Below are positions 31,519 to 41,458 of a DNA stretch of 64,000 bases, one piece after another. A program made the translations under genes and the position numbers. This stretch comes from a bacterium (GTDB lineage: Bacteria > UBA8248): NCBI GenBank assembly GCA_965213625.1, contig CBDBZU010000004.1:384001-448000 (forward strand), in the 5' to 3' direction. The notes beneath the pieces are model-generated. The model made no database searches, was not told where the DNA came from, and saw only the letters and a list, made by a program, of their open reading frames with translations. Every line of letters begins with the position of its first letter. The stretch's first letter is position 1.

Positions 31519-32190
31519 TTGCCTGAATCATCGCCACGTATGAGCAAGCAAATCGAAGATTATTTGAAGAACATCTTCAAGCTTCAACAGGAATCGTCTC
31601 CTGTTACCACCAGCGCGATTGCGGATTGTATGGACATATCGGCAGCGTCGGTGACGAGCATGGTCAAAAAACTCGATCATCAGGGTTTGCTTACATATAA
31701 GCCGTATAAAGGGGTCGTTTTAAGCTCAAAGGGGGAGAAAGTCGCATTAGAGATTATCCGACACCACCGATTGCTCGAGTTGTATCTCAACCAGAAGATG
31801 GGAATTGAATGGGACAAGGTAGATGTCGAGGCGGAAGAATTGGAACATGTTTTGAGTGAGGAGCTGGAAGCCGTTTTGGATAAGGAACTCGGCTATCCCA
31901 CCCTGGATCCTCACGGAGATCCGATCCCCGCTAAAGATGGCACCATGATTGATACGAAAGAAATTGGTCTTCTCTCGCTTGAGACGGGTCGACCCACAAA
32001 AATCACCCGCGTTTTGCAGGACGACCCGAACATATTGCGCTACTTGGGAGAACTTGGTTTCTTCCCTGAAATGCCCATTGAGGTCATTGAGCAATCGCCT
32101 CTGGCCGGCACGGTAACGTTATTGGTCAACGGAAACAGACATACGTTGGGACGTGATATCGCCTCTCGAATATTCGCGCTGAATGAATAA
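31519..32190 (+). CDS. DtxR/MntR-family metal-dependent repressor with FeoA domain
   Basis: EDYLKNIF, SVTSMVKKL, RHHRLLELYL, EAEELEH, DPHGDPIP; alternative start ATG at 31540. Confidence 0.92.
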   Translation: MPESSPRMSKQIEDYLKNIFKLQQESSPVTTSAIADCMDISAASVTSMVKKLDHQGLLTYKPYKGVVLSSKGEKVALEIIRHHRLLELYLNQKMGIEWDKVDVEAEELEHVLSEELEAVLDKELGYPTLDPHGDPIPAKDGTMIDTKEIGLLSLETGRPTKITRVLQDDPNILRYLGELGFFPEMPIEVIEQSPLAGTVTLLVNGNRHTLGRDIASRIFALNE

Positions 32191-32235
32191 AACCACCATC
32201 GTTGAGTTCTTGCGTAAATTTCATTAGGAGAAAAC

Positions 32236-32778
32236 ATGCCTGCAAAGAAACAGACAACCAGGAAGAAGACCGCCAAACAAGATTTTGACCACCGCTTCCG
32301 CGCCATCTATGCCAAGGATGTCGAGTGGCAAGAAGATGTGAGCAACGAGTTGCTGACTCTGCCGCCAGGAGTGAAGGTGAAGATTTTCTCCCATGACCCG
32401 GTGATGAAGCGCATCGACATGAAGGTGAAGTTTCCGAAAGGCTATGTAGAACCTCGCCATACGCACAAGAGTTGGCATTCGATACTGGTGACTCGAGGCA
32501 GGATGTGCGTTGCGGGTAAGGATTTGAGGCCGGGAGACTATGTTTTCGGCTGGGATTTGCCGCATGGCCCATATGAATATCCCGATGGCTGCGAGGTTTT
32601 TGTCGTCTTTATGGGCGATGGTACGCAGCATGTCTGGGAAGAAGAAAAACATCTCAAGCACAAATTAAAGTGGGAAGCCGAATCGGCCTCGGGCAAAAAA
32701 GCCGTCGCCAAGGGTGATACGGCCAGGAAGCAAGCGCTGGCCGAAAAAAGAGCCGCCTCGAAATCCGGGTCCAAGTGA
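32236..32778 (+). CDS. Cupin-domain protein (ChrR-like cupin)
   Basis: PRHTH...H and PGDYVF...PHGP motifs; basic tails; RBS AGGAG. Confidence 0.7.
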   Translation: MPAKKQTTRKKTAKQDFDHRFRAIYAKDVEWQEDVSNELLTLPPGVKVKIFSHDPVMKRIDMKVKFPKGYVEPRHTHKSWHSILVTRGRMCVAGKDLRPGDYVFGWDLPHGPYEYPDGCEVFVVFMGDGTQHVWEEEKHLKHKLKWEAESASGKKAVAKGDTARKQALAEKRAASKSGSK

Positions 32779-33818
32779 AAAGCGGATCGCGCAAAATAAT
32801 GACGCCGCAGCGAATCGCCGTAATCGGCGCCGGTGCGTGGGGAACGGCGTTGGCGGATTTATTCTCCGAGAACGGCCATGAGGTGATGCTCTGGGTTTTT
32901 GAGGCCGACCTTTGCGCTCGCATGGAGTCGCGCCACGAAAACGACATTTATTTCCCTGGCATCGCCCTGCACGACAATTTGCGGTTCACGTCCGATTTGG
33001 CCGAAGCCGCCTCGGCGGGCCAGGATGTTCTCCTTAGCGTAATGCCGAGCCATGTCGTCCGGGCGGTATGGACGAAGCTGGCGACCTCGGTTCACGAAGA
33101 GACGCTCATCGCAAGCGCCACGAAGGGTGTGGAAGAAAATACCCTGCGCCTGCCGACCCAGATAATCTCCGAGTGTATCGGTGAGACTGTCGGCGGTCGG
33201 CGCGCCCTCGCCTGTCTCTCGGGGCCGACGTTCGCCCGCGAGCTTGCGGAGAGAAAGCCTACGGCCATCACGGCGGCCTCCGATGAGCCCGGCATGGCGC
33301 ACACGATTCAAGAAGCGCTCTCGGCGCCCAATCTCAGGGTTTACACGAGCGCCGATCCAATTGGCGTACAACTCGGCGGGGCGCTCAAAAACGTCATCGC
33401 CCTGGCGGCGGGTATCGCGGACGGCATGGAGCTCGGGCACAACGCGAGGGCGGCGCTCATCGTGCGCGGGCTGGCGGAAATCGGCCGCTTGGGCGCCGCG
33501 ATGGGCGGCAGGACGGAAACCTTCGCAGGCCTTGCGGGAATGGGCGATCTGGTGCTCACGTGCACGGGGGACTTGAGCAGGAACAGGACGGTGGGCGTGC
33601 AGTTGGGCAAGGGCGAGCCTCTACAGAAGATCCTCGATTCCATGACGGCCGTGGCCGAGGGTGTCTCCACCGCGCCGGCGGCCGTGGGGCTGGCGGATAA
33701 GTTCGGTGTCGAGATGCCCATATGCCGCGAGGTGCACGCCATATTGTTCGAGGGCCGCAGACCCGAGGACGCCGTGAAGGCCCTCATGTCGCGTCCGCTC
33801 AAGGCCGAACACCCCTAG
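32775..33818 (+). CDS. gpsA: NAD(P)H-dependent glycerol-3-phosphate dehydrogenase
   Basis: GAGAWGTALA, LSGPTFA, GGALKNVIA, GDLVLTCTGDLSRN; alternative start ATG at 32799. Confidence 0.97.
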   Translation: MKSGSRKIMTPQRIAVIGAGAWGTALADLFSENGHEVMLWVFEADLCARMESRHENDIYFPGIALHDNLRFTSDLAEAASAGQDVLLSVMPSHVVRAVWTKLATSVHEETLIASATKGVEENTLRLPTQIISECIGETVGGRRALACLSGPTFARELAERKPTAITAASDEPGMAHTIQEALSAPNLRVYTSADPIGVQLGGALKNVIALAAGIADGMELGHNARAALIVRGLAEIGRLGAAMGGRTETFAGLAGMGDLVLTCTGDLSRNRTVGVQLGKGEPLQKILDSMTAVAEGVSTAPAAVGLADKFGVEMPICREVHAILFEGRRPEDAVKALMSRPLKAEHP

Positions 33819-33828
33819 GCTGCGGCGG

Positions 33829-34820
33829 GCAATTCCGCGCATTTCCCGTCATGAAGGAACGGGCGGCCCATGGCAGAATTCCCCTGCGCTGCGACCCGTC
33901 GGCGTCATTTCCCAGGAAAATAAATAGCCGGATATTTACCGATAAACCCCGTCAATTTATCGATATTTATCGAATTTTTCAGATATAAAACCCGACCGAT
34001 GAGCGAGGGTTTGACCCGACCGATGAGGAAGGGTTTCACGCGAGCCATGAGCGAGGGTTTGACCCGACCGGGGATGGAGGGTTTGCTGATTCCCGGACAA
34101 GCCGATTGGCTCCGCCATCATACCCGCTCTCTCCCCCACGCCCGCTACCGCAGATGCGGGCAAATACGCGCGCCGGTCTCGTGGATACCGAAGCCGGACT
34201 CCCCCGCGAGTGGAATTCGCATCGCGCGCAAACCTTTCAGGATACGCCCGTCAGCTTCTTCTCCCGCGACGGCAAATGCGCGCAAATGCGGGGCGTTCGC
34301 GCCACCGGGATGAGGCATTCGTGAAGCGCGCAAATCTTTCAGGATACTGCCGTCCGCCTCCTCTCCCCTGATCGCAAATGCGGGAAAATGCGACTGATGA
34401 AGGGTTGTTGAGAAAGTACAACAAAGGAGTCTTGCAGGTTTTGTAGGGACAGGTCGCGACCTGTCCCTCTTTTTCTAATGGGTTCGATCAATTAAGGGTT
34501 TTGCCAACCAGGGAGTAGGGGACATCCACTCCCCCTTTGAGGGGTCGGACATCCCGAGGGGAATGCCCGATGAAAAACACCCCCTTGTAGGGGGGTCAAA
34601 CGCGAGTGAGGAACGAGCGTTTGCATAAGCCATATACGAGAAACACATCGTCTCGCAAAACCTCCCTCTTCGGTCGGTTTTGACCCTGACAAGGGGGCTG
34701 TTGAAAATCCCGGTTCTGCTAGGGAGCGCGTACCCCTCGTCATTTTTGGCTACCGAAACGACCTCACCCTGAGTAGCCGCCGAAGGTAGAACGCGACTGA
34801 GAAAGGAGCGTTTGTATCGA
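33829..34820 (+). repeat. Long non-coding repeat, copy B
   Basis: Inverted copy of 25725..26668; has two more 24-bp tandem units than copy A. Confidence 0.95.
33991..34086 (+). repeat. 4 x 24-bp tandem repeat next to an AT-rich tract
   Basis: CCCGACCGATGAGCGAGGGTTTGA / CCCGACCGATGAGGAAGGGTTTCA / CGCGAGCCATGAGCGAGGGTTTGA / CCCGACCGGGGATGGAGGGTTTGC. Confidence 0.9.
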
Positions 34821-34925
34821 AGGGCGAGGGGAGTCGAACGCCTCGCGCTGGGCGAGAGAGCATCCTTCGATACGCGGCTTCGCCGCTACTCAGGATGAGG
34901 CGGAAAGGGCTTTTTCAACAGTCCC
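34694..34925. mobile_element. MITE-like element with IS5/IS1182-like ends enclosing a REP-like pair
   Basis: Left GGGGCTGTTGAAAATCCC, right GGGCTTTTTCAACAGTCCC; internal CTCACCCTGAGTAGC...TCGAAGGG / CCTTCGATAC...GCTACTCAGGATGAG. Confidence 0.6.
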
Positions 34926-35095
34926 TGTAGGGGCACTTCTCCTCGACTGGAAGCCTCTGCGCAGATGATGCGGCGCGGCATTCATCGCCAACGATTACGA
35001 TCCCGCGTATATAAATCGACATCACTATCCACCACACGCCGGGCATGCCCGGTGCGCCGTATCCATGACTTCTCGAAACCCTGGAGCCGGGAACA

Positions 35096-35641
35096 TTGCG
35101 CAAGGCCGATTCGAAAGCGGAGCCGTTCGTTCGCGACGCCACGAAAGACGACCTCCCCGCGGTCCGTAAGATCTACACCCACTATGTCCTGCACGGATCA
35201 GCCTCGTTCGAGGAGAAGCCGCCGGACTTGGAGGAGATGCGCCGCCGCTTCCGCGCCGTAAAGGCGAAGGGTCTCCCCTGGCTCGCCGCTGAGGTCGAAG
35301 GCGCCGTCTGCGGCTATGCCTACGCCGCGCCCTATCACCACAGGCCGGCGTATCGCCACGCCGTCGAAAACTCGGTCTATGTCGAGCAGGACGCCTTGCG
35401 ACTGGGCATCGGCGCAGCGCTGCTCGATAAGCTAATCGACTCTTGCACGGAACGGGGCATGCGCCAGATGGTCGCTGTCATCGGCGACTCGGCGAACGCG
35501 GCCTCCATTAAACTGCACGAGCGCGCCGGTTTCCGCCGCGTCGGCGCTCTACGGTCGGTCGGCTTCAAGCACGGCAGGTGGCTCGACTGCGTCATCATGC
35601 AACGCGCCCTGGGCGATGGGGATGAGACGCCGCCTGACTGA
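35096..35641 (+). CDS. GNAT N-acetyltransferase (phosphinothricin acetyltransferase/YncA-like)
   Basis: ASFEEKPP, GYAYA, ENSVYV, SIKLHERAGF, VGFKHGRWLD. Confidence 0.9.
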   Translation: MRKADSKAEPFVRDATKDDLPAVRKIYTHYVLHGSASFEEKPPDLEEMRRRFRAVKAKGLPWLAAEVEGAVCGYAYAAPYHHRPAYRHAVENSVYVEQDALRLGIGAALLDKLIDSCTERGMRQMVAVIGDSANAASIKLHERAGFRRVGALRSVGFKHGRWLDCVIMQRALGDGDETPPD

Positions 35642-35670
35642 GTGAGGGCGCCCGGCTGCAAATAAATTGA

Positions 35671-35945
35671 TTAACGGTTACTCGCCCGATCGATCATTCG
35701 CTTGACGTGATCGCTCACCTTGACGGCAATAATATCTACTTGAGGATGCGCGTTCTTGTAGACCCTGAAAATTTCATCCGCGAAAGCTCGGCCGATGCTC
35801 TTGATACCCTTGAAATCGAGAAGAACTTCTTTGAAGCCATCGAGGCGCATCAGCAACCTCTTGGCCTGAGAGCGGGAAATAAGCTCTTCTCCTTCATACA
35901 ACAGAAGCTGCAGGGGAACGTGGGTTCTGGAAAAATCGACGTCCT
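35671..35945 (-). pseudogene. Orphan C-terminal STAS-like (DUF4325-type) fragment
   Basis: DFSRTHVPL..YEGEELISRSQAKRLL..VLLDFKGIKSIGRAFADEIFRV; no N-terminal HTH/ATPase part; lower GC. Confidence 0.6.
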
Positions 35946-36194
35946 GCCCGGCATCGAACCGGCAATTCCGCCGGAAGACGCCGCCTCCGTCTGAAAACTC
36001 TTCGGATTCCCCCCGGCTCGACCTGCCCTCGCGAAATTTGCGGTTGCGCCGGAATTGCGCTTGTCATAGTATATTTACTTGCGTCACAACACATTGCCGA
36101 TGAGTTTAAAAAGGTGGTTGGCCGTTCGTTTTCGTCCGGCGAGCCGGTAGCTGATGATGTGGGTATTAACCAACTCTCATAAAAGGAGAACCCC

Positions 36195-37310
36195 ATGAAA
36201 CGTCGTGACTTTATTGCCGGAACCGCGGCAGGGACCGCCGCTGCGGTCGTTGCGGGCAGCGGATTGGCCCAGGCGCAGAAGGCGCCCGCCGTAATGAGGA
36301 AGCGCCTCGAGATCGCCATCGTCACCACCTGGCCGCGCGATTTCCCCGGTCTCGGCACCGGGGCACAGCGTTTCGCCAAACGGCTCCAGGATATGAGCGA
36401 CGGCCGCATCAAGGTGAGCTACTTCGCCGCAGGCGAGCGCGTCGGCGCATTCGACTCGTTCGACGAGGTGGCTTCGGGCAACGCGCAGGCCTATCACGCG
36501 GCCGACTACTACTGGAAGGGCAAGCATCCGGGGTGGGCCTATTTCACTGCCGTTCCTTTCGGCCTCACCTACACCGAATTCAACGCCTGGATCCGTTTCG
36601 GCGGCGGGCAGCAGCTCTGGGACGAACTGGCCGCAGGGTTCGGGCTCAAGGGCGTCATGTGCGGCAACACGGGCGTCCAGATGGGCGGCTGGTTCCGCAA
36701 GGAGATCAACAGCCCCGACGACTTGAAGGGCCTCAAGATGCGTATCCCGGGCCTGGGCGGCGACGTCATGGCGAAGCTCGGCGCCTCGCCTGTCTCCCTG
36801 CCGGGCGGGCAGATTTACGAGAACCTCGTCTCGGGCGCCATCGATGCCACCGAATGGGTGGGGCCGTGGAACGACGAATTCATGAAGTTCTACGAGGCGG
36901 CCAAGTACTACTACTATCCGGGCATGCACGAGCCCGGCTCGATGCTCTCTGCGGGCTTCAACAAGAAGTTCTGGGATTCGCTCTCGAAAGCCGATCAGAC
37001 GCTCATCGAGGCCGCCGCCGGCATGGAGAACGACGTGATGATGGCCGAGTACAACGCCAAGAACGGGGCGGCGCTGGCGCGGCTCACGCGCGATCAGGGC
37101 GTCCAGGTGCGCAAGTTCAACGACGACATCTACGACGCGTTCGGGAAAGCGGCCGAGGAAGTCTTTGCGGGGGTGGTGACCCACAGCCCGCTCGCCAAGC
37201 GCATCCATGAGAGCTTCGACAAGGCGCGCCGGGAGATCGGCGCCTGGTCGAATCTTTCCGACCAGGCATTCGTGGCGCAGCGCAACCGCGTGCTGGGCGT
37301 TTCGAACTAG
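36195..37310 (+). CDS. dctP: TRAP transporter substrate-binding protein (DctP/TakP-like), Tat signal
   Basis: MKRRDF Tat motif, GNTGVQMGGWFRKEI, GLKMRIPGLGG, IDATEWVGP. Confidence 0.93.
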   Translation: MKRRDFIAGTAAGTAAAVVAGSGLAQAQKAPAVMRKRLEIAIVTTWPRDFPGLGTGAQRFAKRLQDMSDGRIKVSYFAAGERVGAFDSFDEVASGNAQAYHAADYYWKGKHPGWAYFTAVPFGLTYTEFNAWIRFGGGQQLWDELAAGFGLKGVMCGNTGVQMGGWFRKEINSPDDLKGLKMRIPGLGGDVMAKLGASPVSLPGGQIYENLVSGAIDATEWVGPWNDEFMKFYEAAKYYYYPGMHEPGSMLSAGFNKKFWDSLSKADQTLIEAAAGMENDVMMAEYNAKNGAALARLTRDQGVQVRKFNDDIYDAFGKAAEEVFAGVVTHSPLAKRIHESFDKARREIGAWSNLSDQAFVAQRNRVLGVSN

Positions 37311-37352
37311 GCGACCGGCGCATAGCATGACGGACCGCTACGGTTTCTTACG

Positions 37353-38348
37353 GTGACGGAAGATCGGCAGGACACGGACGAAAGACGGCCCGGCATCGCG
37401 GACGCGCTCTATCGCGCGTTCGCGCTGTCGCTGGCCGCGACGACGTTCGTTTTCCTCTTCAACAACTATCTGGTCTACTGGCTGAGTTGGCCGGGAGTCG
37501 CTGGCATCTACTCCGGCGGAGGGGCGTCGTTCCTGGCATTGCTCCAGATCATCGGCTACGTCATTCCGGTCGTCGCCATCATCGTCTTCTCCCTCAGGAA
37601 CCGGGAGAGGCCGTTCGCTTCCGACGCTACGCTTCTCTATTCCGTCACCGCCTATATCATCTCTGCGGCCTTCTGGGCGACGTTCTTCATCGGCATCGTC
37701 GACGGCGTCATATCGTTCCTGCGCGTGGAAGGGTTGTTGCCCGCGGTGTTCGGCAAGACGCTGGCCCAGCAACTGGGCGTTTCGAGTTTCCGCGGTGTCT
37801 ACGTGCACTTGCCGCTCATGATCGCGGCGGCCGTGGTGGCCTACTACAGGCGAGGGCTCGATTTCATCTGGCTCGCGCTGCTCGTGGTCGTCGCCGAGTT
37901 CCAGATAGTCATCGCGCGCTTCATCTTCTCCTATGAGCAGGCTTTCATGGGCGATCTCGTGCGTTTCTGGTACGCAGCACTTTTCCTCTTCGCCAGCGCC
38001 CACACCCTGGTCGCCGGAGGCCACGTCCGCGTGGACGTGCTCTACACGCATTTCAGCGATCGGCGTAAGGCCCTGGTCAACGCGTGGGGCTCGTTGTTGC
38101 TGGGCGTGCCGCTGTGCTGGACCATCCTCGGCGTCGGCATGTCGGGCAAGGCGTCCGTCATCAACAGCCCGCTGCTATATTTCGAGACGTCCCAGAGTGG
38201 TTACGGCCTCTACGTCAAATACCTGATGGCTGGATTTCTCGCCGTCTACGCCGTGTCCATGATGACGCAGTTCCTGGCGTACTACCTTGATTCCATGGCG
38301 GTCCTTCGCGGGCAGTCGCCGAGCCAATCCACACAAGAGCCGGCCTGA
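37353..38348 (+). CDS. dctQ: TRAP small permease (DctQ), N-terminally extended
   Basis: GGHVRVDVLY DctQ motif in the C-terminal half; 331 aa. Confidence 0.85.
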   Translation: MTEDRQDTDERRPGIADALYRAFALSLAATTFVFLFNNYLVYWLSWPGVAGIYSGGGASFLALLQIIGYVIPVVAIIVFSLRNRERPFASDATLLYSVTAYIISAAFWATFFIGIVDGVISFLRVEGLLPAVFGKTLAQQLGVSSFRGVYVHLPLMIAAAVVAYYRRGLDFIWLALLVVVAEFQIVIARFIFSYEQAFMGDLVRFWYAALFLFASAHTLVAGGHVRVDVLYTHFSDRRKALVNAWGSLLLGVPLCWTILGVGMSGKASVINSPLLYFETSQSGYGLYVKYLMAGFLAVYAVSMMTQFLAYYLDSMAVLRGQSPSQSTQEPA

Positions 38349-38350
38349 CC

Positions 38351-41002
38351 GTGGAGCTCTTCTTTCTCGCACTGCTCATCCTGGCCATGGCCCTGGCGCT
38401 GGCGTCGGGTTACCCGGTGGCCTTCGCGCTGCCCGGCTCGGCCATCCTGACCATCGCCCTCGCGTCGATTACCGGCTACATCTTCGCCGGGGATGTCAGC
38501 GCCTTTTTCGCGCAGGACGGCCCCGTCCAGTGGCTGACGGCCGGCGTCACCAATTTCCGGGGCGTCTACTGGGAGGTCGAGCGCGACACCATCATCGCCG
38601 TGCCCCTGTTCGTGTTCATGGGCATCATGCTGCAGCGCTCGAAGATCGCCGAAGACCTGCTGGTGACCATGGCGCGCCTGTTTGGTCCGGTTCCGGGCGG
38701 CCTCGGCATCTCGGTGGTGCTCGTGGGGGCGCTGCTCGCCGCCACCACCGGCATTCTCGGCGCCACCGTGGTGGCCATGGGCCTCATCTCGCTGCCGGCC
38801 ATGCTGCGCAACGGCTACTCGCGCCGGCTCGCCACCGGCACCATTTGCGCGTCGGGCACGCTGGGGCAGATCATCCCGCCCTCGGTGGTGCTTATCATCC
38901 TGGCGGATCAGCTCTCGAACGCCACCGATCAGGCGGGCACGCTGCGGCTTGTGGACTTCAAGGCTTCCACCGGCCAGTTCATAATGCCCACGGAATTCAG
39001 CATCACATCGGCCAGCGCAGGCGACATGTTCCTGGGCGCCATCGTTCCCGGCCTGGTGCTGGTGGGTCTCTATGTCGCCTACATTCTCGCGGCCGCCCTC
39101 ATCCGGCCGAACAGCGCGCCGGCCATCCCCATGGAAGGCGACTTCGACCGCCAGTTCGCCGTCCGCGTGGTGATGGCGCTGATTCCGCCCCTGGCGCTCA
39201 TCCTGGCCGTGCTCGGCTCCATCATTGCGGGCATCGCCACGGTAAACCAGGCTGGCGCCATCGGCGCCGTCGGCGCCACCATCATGGCGGGGTACCGGTT
39301 GAGCGAGGGGCAGCGCGGGTGCTACACGCCGGCCATCATCGCGGGCCTGTCACTGCTCGCGCTCTTCATCCTGCTGGTCACCGTCGACCTGAACATACGC
39401 ACCATCCACGGCGTCTACGAGGCGGTCGGCGTGACGTTCGCCGGGTTCGCGGTCTTGGGGCTGCTGGTCTCCGTGGCCTGGAGCGGCTGGCGCGCCTACC
39501 GCACCGAGAACATGCTCGCGGGCGTCATGGTCGAGACCGCCAAGACCACGGCCATGGTCTTCATCATCCTCCTGGGCGCGGCCATGCTGACGTCGGCCTT
39601 CCGGGGCTTCGGCGGCGAGGAGTTGGTGAAGGAATTCCTCACCACCCTGCCCGGCGGCTTCTGGAGCCAGTTCATCGTCGTCATGGCGGTCATCTTCATC
39701 CTCGGATTTTTCCTCGATTTCATCGAGATCGCGGTCGTGGTGGTGCCCATCGTGGCCCCCATCCTGCTCGCGGACCCCTCGGCCAACGTCACCGCTGTCT
39801 GGCTCGGGGTGATGATCGGCGTCAACATGCAGACCTCATTCCTGACGCCGCCGTTCGGTTTCGCGCTGTTCTATTTGCGCGGCGTGGCGCCGCCCAACGT
39901 GCTGACGACGGACATCTACCGGGGCGTGGTCCCCTTCATCGTATTGCAGCTCATGGCCCTGGGCATCGTCGGCTTCTATCCGCCCCTGGTGAACTACCTG
40001 CCGATGCGCACGTCGCTCACCGGAGAGACCGCGCCGCCTCCGCGCAACCCGCGCCTCCAGAACTGCCTGGAGCAATACCTCTTCGAGCAATACGACCGCG
40101 ACGGCGAGACGATACGCGCGAGCATACGGACCGCGCAAAAACTCGATACCGGCTATCTGCCGAAAAAAGTCCGGGGGCAACTGACCGGCGGCATGGAGAA
40201 GGCCGCCCGGACCTTCGACCTGGTCGCGCAAGTGCGCCGCGCCAGTGCGGAACGACAGAAGTTCGGGGAGACTTACAAGGACGTGCATACCGTCATTCGG
40301 CGGGTCAACGCGGACGAAAGACGGATAGACCGCGAAATACGTGAGCTCCGCACCACCATCCGGCGCATGGGACGAGACACGGACGCCGCAGCGGCGCTGC
40401 GCCACGAAATCGACGATTTGACGAAGCAAAGGGCGCGCGTGGAGGCGAGACGCCCCGAAGGCGGGAAGAAGATGCGCAAGCGCTACCAGTCGCTGGAAAA
40501 GAAGGAAACGCGCGCCCGCCGCACCTACCGCCGCAACGTCGACGACGCATACACCTCCGTGATCACGGTGCGCAAGATGCTGGCGGGAGTGCCTGCTCTA
40601 AAAGAAGCGGGAGCCAAGCTCAAGGCGTTGCCGGAGATCCTCCAAACCCAATCGGCCAAAAAGGCGGGTTCCGCCATCCGTGAAGCCGAACGGGCATTCA
40701 GAACCGTTCCCGGAACCTACGATTTGCGCTCCAATCTATCCAGAGCGCGCTCAGACGCAAGACGGGGCAAGTCCGGCAAAAAGCGCGCCGAGAAACGACT
40801 GAACGATGTGCTCGCCCTGTTCGAGCGCGAGGTGGCGTGGCGCTCCCGGGCCGCACTGGAACTGGACTCCGGTCTGGCCGCCTACGAAGCCGCCCTGCGC
40901 GGAACCATCGGCATCCGCCAACTGGAACGGCTTCCGTCCCAAATCGCGAAACCCGTGGCGGCCTGCATGTCGAACCACCGCGACATCTCGTTGAGCTTCT
41001 AG
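38351..41002 (+). CDS. dctM: TRAP large permease (DctM) with large C-terminal soluble extension
   Basis: GYPVAFAL, AVPLFVFMG, ASGTLGQIIPPS, QTSFLTPPFGFALFYLRG; ~330 hydrophilic aa after the last TM. Confidence 0.92.
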   Translation: MELFFLALLILAMALALASGYPVAFALPGSAILTIALASITGYIFAGDVSAFFAQDGPVQWLTAGVTNFRGVYWEVERDTIIAVPLFVFMGIMLQRSKIAEDLLVTMARLFGPVPGGLGISVVLVGALLAATTGILGATVVAMGLISLPAMLRNGYSRRLATGTICASGTLGQIIPPSVVLIILADQLSNATDQAGTLRLVDFKASTGQFIMPTEFSITSASAGDMFLGAIVPGLVLVGLYVAYILAAALIRPNSAPAIPMEGDFDRQFAVRVVMALIPPLALILAVLGSIIAGIATVNQAGAIGAVGATIMAGYRLSEGQRGCYTPAIIAGLSLLALFILLVTVDLNIRTIHGVYEAVGVTFAGFAVLGLLVSVAWSGWRAYRTENMLAGVMVETAKTTAMVFIILLGAAMLTSAFRGFGGEELVKEFLTTLPGGFWSQFIVVMAVIFILGFFLDFIEIAVVVVPIVAPILLADPSANVTAVWLGVMIGVNMQTSFLTPPFGFALFYLRGVAPPNVLTTDIYRGVVPFIVLQLMALGIVGFYPPLVNYLPMRTSLTGETAPPPRNPRLQNCLEQYLFEQYDRDGETIRASIRTAQKLDTGYLPKKVRGQLTGGMEKAARTFDLVAQVRRASAERQKFGETYKDVHTVIRRVNADERRIDREIRELRTTIRRMGRDTDAAAALRHEIDDLTKQRARVEARRPEGGKKMRKRYQSLEKKETRARRTYRRNVDDAYTSVITVRKMLAGVPALKEAGAKLKALPEILQTQSAKKAGSAIREAERAFRTVPGTYDLRSNLSRARSDARRGKSGKKRAEKRLNDVLALFEREVAWRSRAALELDSGLAAYEAALRGTIGIRQLERLPSQIAKPVAACMSNHRDISLSF

Positions 41003-41065
41003 CAACGCCTTCCGCAAGCCGCCTACCGTCAGTCCGCAGCGCCGATTCACTTGGTCGCATAGTTG

Positions 41066-41385
41066 GGGGTTCTTGAAAAAGTCCCTCAAGGAAAAACGCC
41101 TGCGGCGCATTCGTCGCTCTTGCGTGTAATTTTTCTCTCCCCTTGAGCAACTCGCCACTCCGCCTCACCCTGAGTAGCGGTCCCTCGACTTCGCTCGGGG
41201 CAGGCTCCGCCGTCTCCCCACCTCCCTCACCCTGAGTAGCCGCCGAAGGTAGAACGCGACTGAGAAAGGAGCGTTTGTATCGAAGGGACCTGTCCTGAGC
41301 CTGTCGAAGGGCGAAGTTCGCGCCTGCTGGGGCGAAGCGCCTCCCATCCTTCGATACGGCGCTAGCGCGCCTACTCAGGAAGAGG
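41066..41385. repeat. Intergenic REP/MITE mosaic
   Basis: IS-end-like GGGGTTCTTGAAAAAGTCCC; 63-bp unit at 41225..41287 identical to 34762..34824; CCTGAGCCTGTCGAAGGG motif. Confidence 0.8.
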
Positions 41386-41458
41386 TCAATACGGTGGCCA
41401 TACCAGACGAGCGCCAAACGCGCTCGCTCACAATCCTGATCGCCTGGAACGCGCCCCC

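Noticed and set aside
33991-34086. CRISPR array
   Set aside because: The 24-bp units are contiguous with no unique spacers, and there are no cas genes in the window
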